NCBI GenBank assembly: GCA_949298065.1
Contig: CASFUZ010000001.1
Location: 101,473-165,472 of the forward strand
From: an uncultured Pseudomonadota bacterium
Lineage (GTDB): Bacteria > Pseudomonadota > Alphaproteobacteria > RF32 > CAG-239
Length of the DNA stretch: 64,000 bases
Direction: 5' to 3'
A model generated the notes under the pieces. That model had not been told where the DNA came from. It did no database searches and saw nothing but the letters and a program-made list of their open reading frames with translations. Position 1 is the first letter of the stretch. Each line of letters opens with the position of its first letter. The position numbers and the translations under genes are program-made. Positions 41,415-49,983 of this stretch are shown piece after piece.

Positions 41415-42242
41415 TTATCTATCAATCTTTTCCAAAAGCACCAGCATCCTTTGTTGAAGAAGGAAAGCTTCTTCTTTAGCGGCTTCCGCATAGTATCTGC
41501 CAGTATCAGCATAAATGATACCTCGGGAAGAATTAACAATCAACCCGCAGTTGTCGTTCATACCATATTCAGCAACTTTTTCCAAACTACCGCCCTGAGC
41601 ACCGACACCGGGAACAAGCAAGAAGTGGTTAGGAACAATTTTGCGAATATCTGCCAACATTTCTGCCTGAGTTGCACCGACAACATACATCATCTTGTTC
41701 TCATCGGCCCATTGTTGAGAAGTTTTCAAAACCTTCTCAAACAACATTTCACCATTGGCATCTTCCATCAACTCAAAGTCTTCAGCGCCTTTGTTTGAGG
41801 TCAAAGCCAACAGAATAACCCATTTTCCGTTATATTTCAGGAAAGGTTCAACACTATCCATCCCCATATAAGGTGCAACGGTAACCGCATCTGCTTTGAG
41901 TGTGGAGAACATAGCTTTGGCATAACGCTCACTTGTGTTTCCGATATCACCGCGCTTGGCATCTGCAATAACCAGAATCTCCGGATAATTTTGATGAATA
42001 TAATCCACCGTCTTTTTCAAGCTCATCAAGCCGTAAGCAAAACTTTCTTCATAAAATGCCAGATTCGGCTTGAACGCCACCGCAAATTCGGCCGTTGCAT
42101 CAATAATTCCCTTATTAAACGCAAAGATAGGATCTTCCTCACCCATTAAGAACTGAGGAATTTTTTGAATATCCGTATCCAGTCCCACACACAAAAAAGA
42201 TTTTTTAGCAAAAATCTGATTCACTAAATCTAAATAATTCAT
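41415..42242 (-). CDS. pyrF: Orotidine-5'-phosphate decarboxylase (subfamily 2)
   Basis: [34 protein letters not shown] and NSSRGI. Confidence 0.96.
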   Translation of the reverse strand: MNYLDLVNQIFAKKSFLCVGLDTDIQKIPQFLMGEEDPIFAFNKGIIDATAEFAVAFKPNLAFYEESFAYGLMSLKKTVDYIHQNYPEILVIADAKRGDIGNTSERYAKAMFSTLKADAVTVAPYMGMDSVEPFLKYNGKWVILLALTSNKGAEDFELMEDANGEMLFEKVLKTSQQWADENKMMYVVGATQAEMLADIRKIVPNHFLLVPGVGAQGGSLEKVAEYGMNDNCGLIVNSSRGIIYADTGRYYAEAAKEEAFLLQQRMLVLLEKIDR

Positions 42243-42384
42243 AAAACAAACGTTTTAAGGATTAAACATAAAAAATCTATAATCACAAAATACAGGGACA
42301 CTTATAACGCTAGTTTACAGATATTTCAAGATTTTTGTACAAATATATTATATTCCTCGGATCAAATAACATTGATTTAAAAAC

Positions 42385-42414
42385 AGAAAAACGACCCTAA
42401 AAGGTCGTTTTTCT
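42385..42414 (-). terminator. Original tRNA-Ser(TGA) terminator, displaced by the integrated element
   Basis: AGAAAAACGACC-CTAAAA-GGTCGTTTTTCT immediately outside the duplicated tRNA 3' end. Confidence 0.8.
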
Positions 42415-42416
42415 TT

Positions 42417-42437
42417 AATTGGCGGAGAGGCAGAGAT
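42417..42437. repeat. att site, distal copy (duplicated tRNA 3' end)
   Basis: AATTGGCGGAGAGGCAGAGAT identical to 49981-50001. Confidence 0.95.
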
Positions 42438-42619
42438 AATTTGCCAACGCCATTATAACACATTGTAAAACCCAAATATTTTTATTTTTCATTTTTTTAA
42501 ATATGCTATTTTGTAGCACGATTCTGTAATACCCTAGAGTCTAAAAAAATTCAATATAAAATTTCCTAATTACAAAATTTAATGAAAAACAAATAAATAA
42601 AATTAGATGAATTTTATTT

Positions 42620-42649
42620 TTGCGTTGGTCTCAACGTATATGATATTAT
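42620..42649 (+). promoter_or_regulatory. Putative sigma70 promoter for the structured non-coding region
   Basis: TTGCGT-N18-TATTAT with extended -10 TGn; palindrome CGTTG-GTCT-CAACG overlaps the -35/spacer. Confidence 0.5.
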
Positions 42650-42655
42650 TCAAAT

Positions 42656-42965
42656 ATATACCAATTACAAAAGTTATATTTTGTATCACGAAAACGGGGA
42701 AACAGGCCTTTTGACAGGCACCCTCACGCAGGGAACAAACTGAAAACCTATGACGACTAATCCATTGGTATTAGCACCGCAAAATAACCCCTCCGAAGGC
42801 GGCTGGCGGAATATAAATAGGGCACGGCTGATGATGTCAGTTAGAAGTCGGGGCAATATCTGTGCTCATTGATAACCCCAGCATTTAAAATTTGGTTCTT
42901 GTTCGGATTTTAAATGTGCCAACCGGAAAAGCAGGTGGAAGGTTCGCATTGGCGGTGTGCGGATT
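42656..42965 (+). ncRNA. Candidate large structured non-coding RNA of unknown class
   Basis: No ORF of 60 aa or more; ~47% GC by hand count (42721-42960) in an AT-rich element; at least 8 stems, with G-U pairs favouring the + strand. Confidence 0.55.
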
Positions 42966-43205
42966 TTAAGGAAACATACTTAATATAACCAAAACAAGAA
43001 AGCAAACTCAACGGATATGCTATACTCTTTTTTACCCTCTGTTTATGGGTAAAAAGAGCAAATCTAACGGATATACTATGAAAAATAAATTATCAAAAAA
43101 ATAAATTAAGAAAAAAAATTAAATGAGCAATCAAAGATTGCGAAATTTTGCCTGAACGAGCAAAGCGAGTTTAGGCATTAAAATAATTATAAAAAAGGAG
43201 AATAA

Positions 43206-43676
43206 ATGAATTTAGAGAAAACCGCCATAAATGACCGCATAGAAGCCATAATGAAGGATAATGAGTCAATCAACAGCAAATTAAAATACACCTCACCAGC
43301 GAACGAAAAAAAGGCATTACAAGATAAAAAAGCCAAAAACAATAACGAATTAAGAAAAGAAAGAACAAAACGCTATAATTTAGAACAAGAAGATGCCGAA
43401 TTTATTAGAGAATGCTGTCAATATCTTCAAAAATTAGGGATAGTAAAAAGCCAAAGGCAATTCAGCCAGCAATTTTTGAGTAAAAGCCAAGATTATTTGG
43501 GTATGTTGATTTGCGAAAGAAGACAACCACCAATTAACATATTGCACCGCCTTGTCCAAAATCTGATTCAAATTCAGCCAATTTATGAAGACAAATACAC
43601 CATCAACAATTATTTAGATATTCTCATTAACCGAGGTAATCAAATAATCACAAAAAAATTGCTTAAATATCTATAA
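43206..43676 (+). CDS. Hypothetical protein: N-terminal coiled coil plus DUF6626-like domain
   Basis: AAGGAG RBS; LGIVKSQRQFSQQFLSKSQDYLGMLICERRQP resembles DUF6626 proteins (recalled, not searched). Confidence 0.6.
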   Translation: MNLEKTAINDRIEAIMKDNESINSKLKYTSPANEKKALQDKKAKNNNELRKERTKRYNLEQEDAEFIRECCQYLQKLGIVKSQRQFSQQFLSKSQDYLGMLICERRQPPINILHRLVQNLIQIQPIYEDKYTINNYLDILINRGNQIITKKLLKYL

Positions 43677-43745
43677 ATTAACCCTACTTTTAAGTTTCGT
43701 TAATTGATAAATTTTGATTTTTATAAAAAAAATTAAGGATTAAAA

Positions 43746-43931
43746 ATGGAAATAATCAGAGCATATCAGCAACTAATGACATACAATAAAAAATATTCAT
43801 ACATCCAGAGCGATGGTAAAATTGTGTTTAATAATAATTGGGCTTGGATTGTAGTATTCCAAGCCCAAAATAAAAGAAATTATGCTATTGTAAAATATGA
43901 TAGCGGAAAATATACTGTAATTGAAGTTTAA
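43746..43931 (+). CDS. Small hypothetical protein
   Basis: 61 aa, AAGGA RBS, abuts the convergent ORF. Confidence 0.55.
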   Translation: MEIIRAYQQLMTYNKKYSYIQSDGKIVFNNNWAWIVVFQAQNKRNYAIVKYDSGKYTVIEV

Positions 43932-44303
43932 TTATTTCCAATTTGGAATGCAATGTGAATTTGCAAATCTTTCTGTCAAAATACTATTAACACGTGATAT
44001 AATATCCAATCTAATTGCAATCAATTCAGCATTTGCTCTTCCATTAAAATTTAAAGCATCTATTTCTCTTTGAGTAAGATTTAAGTTTTGCCGAATATGT
44101 GATTTTACATCTTTTTTTAAACAATCATAATATGGCATATTTGATAATTTTGAAAGTTCATAATCAACAACATTATCTATTAAAAGGTGTGCAGAACTAT
44201 TATTTTGTGAAAAACATAATAGAACAATAACACTCCCTATAATCGGCAATATATATTTAAGGATATTATTAGAATAACCTGATTTTCTTGTAGTAGGTAG
44301 CAT
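43932..44303 (-). CDS. Hypothetical membrane-anchored or exported protein
   Basis: ATG 44303 overlaps the upstream TAA (TAATG); hydrophobic segment ILPIIGSVIVLLCF. Confidence 0.65.
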   Translation of the reverse strand: MLPTTRKSGYSNNILKYILPIIGSVIVLLCFSQNNSSAHLLIDNVVDYELSKLSNMPYYDCLKKDVKSHIRQNLNLTQREIDALNFNGRANAELIAIRLDIISRVNSILTERFANSHCIPNWK

Positions 44304-45079
44304 TATATGAAAAACCAAAGATTGACACCTAAAAGCCCTAATAAGGTTAGTAAAGCAAAGAACCCACCAAAGCAAATTCCAAATAGCAACTCTATAATTC
44401 CAACTTCTTTATCTTTACATATTGATAATAATAACTTTGCGACAAACGCAAAGAGAGATGCTGGAACAAAACAACCAAATAAGTATCCAGGAACAACTAT
44501 AAGTCCACGAACAATAAGAATTACTGCTAAAATTGAAAGAACAATCATTACCCATTCTGAAACACTAAACTCATCAGAAGATTCTTCAATTTTATTTTTA
44601 TGATTTATTAATAACTTAATCCTTTTTTCTATTTCATTTATTTTATATATTAAATAAATTCCTATTTCTCCCTCTGATAAAACTTTAATATTTTCCCAAT
44701 CAATTAGATTTATAGTCGGAACAATGTTTTTATTGATAGAACATTCTGTTGGAATAATTTCAGGAGGTCTTTTATTATTACGATTAATTGGGGCTATACC
44801 ATTATACATAAAATTACCATTCATTATTTTATTTTCAATAAATGATGTTTTATTCCAATCAATTTCTATGTCAGTATTAGATTTATTTTCAATCTTAATG
44901 TTGAAAAGAATATTGTTTTTAACAGTGAAAACAATGTCAATGTTTTCATCAGAATATTTTGCTATCTGAGAATCTATATCATTTAAATATTCTTCTCGTT
45001 TTTGATTAAATTCTTCTTCTGTAATAACTCCTTTTTCTTTTAGTTCGTTAAGTTTTTCTAATTCTTCTGCTGTAATCAT
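44303..45079 (-). CDS. SHOCT-domain protein with three C-terminal TM helices
   Basis: N-terminal ELEKLNELKEKGVITEEEFNQKREEYL (SHOCT), hydrophobic C-terminus. Confidence 0.8.
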   Translation of the reverse strand: MITAEELEKLNELKEKGVITEEEFNQKREEYLNDIDSQIAKYSDENIDIVFTVKNNILFNIKIENKSNTDIEIDWNKTSFIENKIMNGNFMYNGIAPINRNNKRPPEIIPTECSINKNIVPTINLIDWENIKVLSEGEIGIYLIYKINEIEKRIKLLINHKNKIEESSDEFSVSEWVMIVLSILAVILIVRGLIVVPGYLFGCFVPASLFAFVAKLLLSICKDKEVGIIELLFGICFGGFFALLTLLGLLGVNLWFFI

Positions 45080-45094
45080 TTTTTACACCTCAAA

Positions 45095-45538
45095 CTACAA
45101 ATTCTTTTCAATATAATCAAATATCTTATTTGTAATTTTTTTCTTTTCTCCCCAATCAAAAACTTGAAAAGCAATACATTTACCAAATATAGAAACAGAT
45201 ATAGATTGTTTTGATTTTAATATCTGAATTAGCATTGTTTGACCATAAGATAGCCATGTTTGAGGGGTATCAAACATAATGATACCTTTATTTTTATTTG
45301 AATTAGAAATTGTATAATTCAATTCTTTTATTACATTTTGAGCAGAATTAAATATTTTATCATAGTCGGCATTAAACAATCTCTCTCCTTGTTTAGGAAG
45401 TTGAGGTATATCTACAATATCAGATTCAATGTCTGATTCAAAACCTAAAATTTGCTTCTTTTTTTCATTAAACTGTTCTTCTGTAATAATACCCTTTTCT
45501 TTTAGTTCAAAAAGTTTTTCAAGTTCCTTTGTATCCAT
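45095..45538 (-). CDS. SHOCT-domain protein
   Basis: N-terminal ELEKLFELKEKGIITEEQFNEKKKQIL; C-terminal domain with a DWG motif. Confidence 0.8.
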   Translation of the reverse strand: MDTKELEKLFELKEKGIITEEQFNEKKKQILGFESDIESDIVDIPQLPKQGERLFNADYDKIFNSAQNVIKELNYTISNSNKNKGIIMFDTPQTWLSYGQTMLIQILKSKQSISVSIFGKCIAFQVFDWGEKKKITNKIFDYIEKNL

Positions 45539-45542
45539 TATT

Positions 45543-45893
45543 TCAATCCTTATAAGTGGTTAAACCTAAATCTTTTCTCATTAATGAAATCATTTTTTCA
45601 ATATCTGCATTATTAAGATTTTTATGTTTCAAAAAATCTTTTGCCATAATTCCGATTTGTGGATTTTTAGCAAATAAACAAATATTATATGTTTGTATTT
45701 CTAAATCTTTTTTAGAAATTAAAGATTTTAGATAATTCCAATATCTATCCCTTAATTTTCGCTCTCTAATAAGTGATAATTCTCTATATAAAGCAATATG
45801 AGCCGCAATTACTGATAAAGTTACAGAAATAATAATGCTTATACATAGCATTACTAGATTGCCATAAGTTATATTTTCAAACCCTATATTCAT
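45543..45893 (-). CDS. Hypothetical single-TM protein
   Basis: Start moved to ATG 45893 (AGGT RBS); one hydrophobic helix. Confidence 0.65.
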   Translation of the reverse strand: MNIGFENITYGNLVMLCISIIISVTLSVIAAHIALYRELSLIRERKLRDRYWNYLKSLISKKDLEIQTYNICLFAKNPQIGIMAKDFLKHKNLNNADIEKMISLMRKDLGLTTYKD

Positions 45894-46126
45894 AAAAACC
45901 TGCGAAAAACTGAACGGTTTTCTTCCACAAAAATATACGGGTAAAACAAATTCACAGGGAAATTTAAGAAAATCCAAGCCCCACAAGGGATTAAAGGCAA
46001 AAAAATAAATTTATTTGACTTTTAAAAAGATAGATATAGTATGGAAAAGAATTGTTCCTTTATTTTCAATCATATATAAGTATTTAAAACTTAATCTTTT
46101 TAATAAATAAATTAAAAGGATTAGTT

Positions 46127-46723
46127 ATGATTTACGCATATATTAGAATATCAACTGACTTACAACATCAAGAAAATCAAAAATTTGAAATAGAAAACTT
46201 TGCTAAAACAAATAATATCAATATTGATAAATGGATTATGGAAACAATATCATCAAAAAAGCCATTAGAAGAAAGAAAATTAGGAAAAATATTAAGAAAA
46301 TTAAAACAAGATGATATTTTAATAACTTCTGAAATTTCAAGATTAGGCAGAAATTTATTACAAATTATGTATATACTTCATCACTGTATGAATGTTGGTT
46401 GTCAGATATGGACGATTAAAGATAATTATAGATTGGGAACAGATATACAGTCGAAGGTATTGGCTTTTGCTTTTGGATTAAGTGCAGAAATAGAAAGAGA
46501 TTTAATATCACAAAGAACTAAACAATGTTTAGCACGATTAAAAGCTGATGGAAAACATATTGGAAGACCAATAGGAAGAAAAAATAAAATAACTAAATTA
46601 TCAGGAAAAGAAGATTTAATTGATAAATTACTATCACAAAACATCAAGAAAACTAAAATTGCTAAAATGCTAAATGTCGATTATTCAACATTTTATAAAT
46701 TCTTAAAACAAAAGGCGGTATAA
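46127..46723 (+). CDS. Serine recombinase, Mpi (master DNA invertase)-like family
   Basis: YIRIST catalytic Ser, SEISRLGR, WTIKDNYRLGTDIQSKVLAFAFGLSAEIERDLISQRTK typical of Bacteroides Mpi-type enzymes; C-terminal HTH. Confidence 0.85.
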   Translation: MIYAYIRISTDLQHQENQKFEIENFAKTNNINIDKWIMETISSKKPLEERKLGKILRKLKQDDILITSEISRLGRNLLQIMYILHHCMNVGCQIWTIKDNYRLGTDIQSKVLAFAFGLSAEIERDLISQRTKQCLARLKADGKHIGRPIGRKNKITKLSGKEDLIDKLLSQNIKKTKIAKMLNVDYSTFYKFLKQKAV

Positions 46724-46730
46724 ATCCGCC

Positions 46731-47279
46731 TTATTTTTCTATATAGCTATATACAGTTGGTCTTGTTATTTCAAATTTTCTCGCAATTTCAGCAACGGCA
46801 ACACCATTTTTATATAAATTATTTAATTCTTTTACTTGTTCGTCTGATAATTTATTTTTACCACCTTTATATTTTCCTTTCGCTTTTGCCAACGCCACAC
46901 CTTCTCTAACTCTATCATTGATTAAAGAACGCTCCAAAGAACTAACAGCAGCTAACATTGTCATCATCATTTCTTGATAAGGGTCTTTTTTATCAGGAGA
47001 GAAAGTTAAATTTTCTTTATGAAACTTAATTGTTGCTCCAATATTGTTTATTTCTTCAACAATATTTAACAAATCACGAGTATTTCTCGCCAATCTATCC
47101 ATAGAATGAACATTAACAACATCACCGGCACGCAAATTTGACAACATTGCTTCTAATTGAGGACGCTCTCTATTTTTACCAGATAATTTATCCTCATATT
47201 CTCTATCACAAGGAACATCAATTAACTGTCTTTCAGTAGATTGGATTAAAGTTGAAACTCTTTTATAGTTAAAAATCAT
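46731..47279 (-). CDS. Serine resolvase (Tn3/Tn21 TnpR-like)
   Basis: YKRVST, SGKNRERPQL, VHSMDRLARN, LERSLI, C-terminal HTH (IARKFEITRPTVY). Confidence 0.92.
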   Translation of the reverse strand: MIFNYKRVSTLIQSTERQLIDVPCDREYEDKLSGKNRERPQLEAMLSNLRAGDVVNVHSMDRLARNTRDLLNIVEEINNIGATIKFHKENLTFSPDKKDPYQEMMMTMLAAVSSLERSLINDRVREGVALAKAKGKYKGGKNKLSDEQVKELNNLYKNGVAVAEIARKFEITRPTVYSYIEK

Positions 47280-47296
47280 TTTTAAAATTCCTTAAA

Positions 47297-47415
47297 TGTA
47301 AAATCAATATCTTTAATATGACTTTACAATATACAAAAAGTGTAAAATTGTCAAGTATTTTATGTTAGATTTTACACTTTTTTATAATTAAATTTGATTA
47401 TAGTTGAATTTTACA
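47297..47415. promoter_or_regulatory. Putative three-subsite res site of the resolvase
   Basis: TGTAAAAT-type inverted repeats: 47297-47328, perfect 14-bp IR 47335-47348/47369-47382, degenerate third site ending 47415. Confidence 0.7.
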
Positions 47416-47583
47416 AGTATTTAAGCCACTTCCAAACAATCAGACATAACAAAAAAGCATAATAAAACTATAATATAACTATTCTTTAACCATATATGTG
47501 TATAAAACTAATACAATAATTGACATTAAAAATATAATATATCCATAATTTAACATCATTAACACAAATACGGAGAATAAAAA

Positions 47584-48036
47584 ATGGCTGAAAATTCTAA
47601 CTCAAACAATAAAAAAACAACATTAAACTTTACTGGTCTTGATATGAATGTTGAAAAAGCAAATGTATTTAACGCAAAAGTTAATTCAATCAAGGCAAAA
47701 ATCGCAGATAGCATTCAAAAAAATCTCAATTACGAAAACAGTATCGAAAACAAATCAGCTCCCGCATCGCAATTATCACCATCTATGCGTATTTTGAAGG
47801 ATAGCGGAGATTACACTGTAATTACCTTGCGTTGTGGTGCTTATCCAATTTTTAAGAACACTACTAAAAAAAGCGAATATACGCACACTAAAATTTTGTC
47901 TTCATTAAAATCAATGCTTGAAGAAGGACAATTTGACGAGGAAATAAAGGCATATGCCAAGAAAAAACGCACAAGAAAATCAAACGAAGATGAAACAGAA
48001 GAAAATTCATCTAAAAACAAAACAAAGAAAAAATAA
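47584..48036 (+). CDS. Hypothetical basic protein (DUF6641-like C-terminus)
   Basis: GGAG RBS; ITLRCGAYPI...LKSMLEEGQFDEEI resembles the DUF6641 'GELD' ending (recalled, not searched); K/R-rich tail. Confidence 0.6.
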   Translation: MAENSNSNNKKTTLNFTGLDMNVEKANVFNAKVNSIKAKIADSIQKNLNYENSIENKSAPASQLSPSMRILKDSGDYTVITLRCGAYPIFKNTTKKSEYTHTKILSSLKSMLEEGQFDEEIKAYAKKKRTRKSNEDETEENSSKNKTKKK

Positions 48037-48058
48037 TCTATAATAATGGGAGAGTTAA

Positions 48059-49897
48059 TTAACTCTCCTTTTTCTTTGTCTTCTTTTTTGATAATTCATA
48101 ATCACCAGTTGAAAAATCTTTTTGAGATGGGTCATATGCAAGTTTGTGTAATATTTGTTTTAAACATGGATAATCTATTTTCTTTAACTCGCGATTAAGC
48201 AATGAAATATTGATGTTTTTACCATAAATTGATTGCCCTATACCTTTATTAGCCCACCCACCAAGAGCATTTTGGACTTCTGTTGATATTTTTTTTGCAA
48301 TAGCATGTTCTTCAAAACAATATCTAAAACTATGAAATACAATTTTATTTGCTGTTATACCGAGTTTATCAAGATAACGAGCAAACCAATGACCGACAGC
48401 ACCTGAAAATTGATTTTTTTTGGTATATTCAATAGTGTAAAAAATCCACTCTTTTTTATTTGTTTTTAATTTTTTTACAAAATCAATGAAACCTAAAAAT
48501 ATAAGAGCCGGGTGTATAGGCACAATTCTTTTAGAATGCTTGTTTTTTAATGATTGTTTGGGATGTGTGTCACAAATATTAAAACACCATATGCCTTTTA
48601 CTTTGATAATATCTTCCACTCGTAATTGGCAAATCTCGTTAATCCGAGCACCTGAAAATAAGGCAATTAAAGGAACCCAGAACTTTACAAATTCATAACG
48701 GCTATATCTATTGGGATAGGTTTCTGGATTGAATATCTTTTTTAAATCTTTATCAGAAAATCCAATGCGTGCAGGATCTTTATTTAATAATGGCGTTGTA
48801 ATATTTTTCTTAAAATCATTCGGTATAATGCCTTCATCAACTGCAAATTTTAATAATTCTTGAAAAGATATTAAATGAGCTTTGATTGTTTTTAGAGAGA
48901 TACATTTTTCATTATCAATCGGAAGTAAAATACTATTCAACCTCTTGTTCGGATATAAAAATTGCCATCTTTTGGGCACTCTATGAATATCAATAGAAAT
49001 TCTTTTGCAATCTTCTGCCGTTATATCGTCAATACAATCTTTTTCAAGAAGGGCGAAAATAGTTTTTAAATGTGTTCTTTTAGAATCTACAGAACTTTGT
49101 TTTATTTTTTTACGTAAATTATGAACCGTTATCATTCGGTCAAATAAAGTAGTCCAAAGAGTTTTTATTTTTCGTTGTTTTTCTATTCTCTTATTAGCTA
49201 TGTCTTGGCAAGTGGTTGTTAATTTTCTGATTAGCGGATTTATATTAGCATACTTAACCGCAGTATCATCAGTATTATGAATATCATTTATCAATTTTTC
49301 ATTATAACTCTCTACCTGCTGAAACTTATTTACATATGATTTAAACCAATCAGCGGTTTCCAAATTACGATATGTAGATGGAGATGTTGGGATATTGGTT
49401 AATCCACGCATAATTTTTTCTAAAACATTTTTTAATGTAATATGCGTGTCAGGTTGTTGATAGAGCCATAATAGATAAGAGTTGAGGTATTTTCCTGCAC
49501 AAAATGTTATATCACCACTAGTGAAAACAGAAACCTCTCTAAAATCTGCTTTACCTTTTTCAATATCATTAAAATTATCTTCACAAAACTTTTGCACTTC
49601 TTCCAATCTATGAATTAAAAGAGCGTCAATATCAGCATCATCCATCGTAATGCCGAAAGGGTGTGTTCTCTTGCTAATTTTCAATGCAACAACCTTTAAA
49701 AAATCAATAAATTTATCCATTGCGAGGGATTCTTTGGGATATTGTTTTATCGCCGTATAATAATCCCTTGTGCCAAGAGAATAAATCAACTCTTTGCGAA
49801 GTGCAAGAGGTTGCAAAATTCTGGGGATAGCAACCCTAATATAGAATACATGAAGCCGACGAGTTAGACGGGGATATCTTGACCGATTCTGTAACAC
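48059..49897 (-). CDS. Tyrosine integrase with N-terminal DUF6538-type arm-binding domain
   Basis: FYIRVAIP...KELIYSLGTRD N-terminus; catalytic R (SGARINEI), K (SLKN), HxxR (FHSFR), W (LGGW), Y (SIYG); start codon uncertain. Confidence 0.93.
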   Translation of the reverse strand: MLQNRSRYPRLTRRLHVFYIRVAIPRILQPLALRKELIYSLGTRDYYTAIKQYPKESLAMDKFIDFLKVVALKISKRTHPFGITMDDADIDALLIHRLEEVQKFCEDNFNDIEKGKADFREVSVFTSGDITFCAGKYLNSYLLWLYQQPDTHITLKNVLEKIMRGLTNIPTSPSTYRNLETADWFKSYVNKFQQVESYNEKLINDIHNTDDTAVKYANINPLIRKLTTTCQDIANKRIEKQRKIKTLWTTLFDRMITVHNLRKKIKQSSVDSKRTHLKTIFALLEKDCIDDITAEDCKRISIDIHRVPKRWQFLYPNKRLNSILLPIDNEKCISLKTIKAHLISFQELLKFAVDEGIIPNDFKKNITTPLLNKDPARIGFSDKDLKKIFNPETYPNRYSRYEFVKFWVPLIALFSGARINEICQLRVEDIIKVKGIWCFNICDTHPKQSLKNKHSKRIVPIHPALIFLGFIDFVKKLKTNKKEWIFYTIEYTKKNQFSGAVGHWFARYLDKLGITANKIVFHSFRYCFEEHAIAKKISTEVQNALGGWANKGIGQSIYGKNINISLLNRELKKIDYPCLKQILHKLAYDPSQKDFSTGDYELSKKKTKKKES

Positions 49898-49944
49898 TTT
49901 GCTGTAACACCTCTGATTTTGGGTGTTTTAAATGTGTTTTACTT

Positions 49945-49975
49945 AAAAAAATAACCCGTTATTTCAACGGGTTAT
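49945..49975 (-). terminator. Element-supplied terminator between the tRNA and the integrase
   Basis: ATAACCCGTT-N5-AACGGGTTAT followed by a T run on the minus strand. Confidence 0.65.
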
Positions 49976-49983
49976 CAATGAAT

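Noticed and set aside
42828-42850. Hammerhead ribozyme (CTGATGA core)
   Set aside because: No stem II followed by GAAA (GAAG instead), and the motif sits inside the GGCTGA/TCAGTT hairpin.
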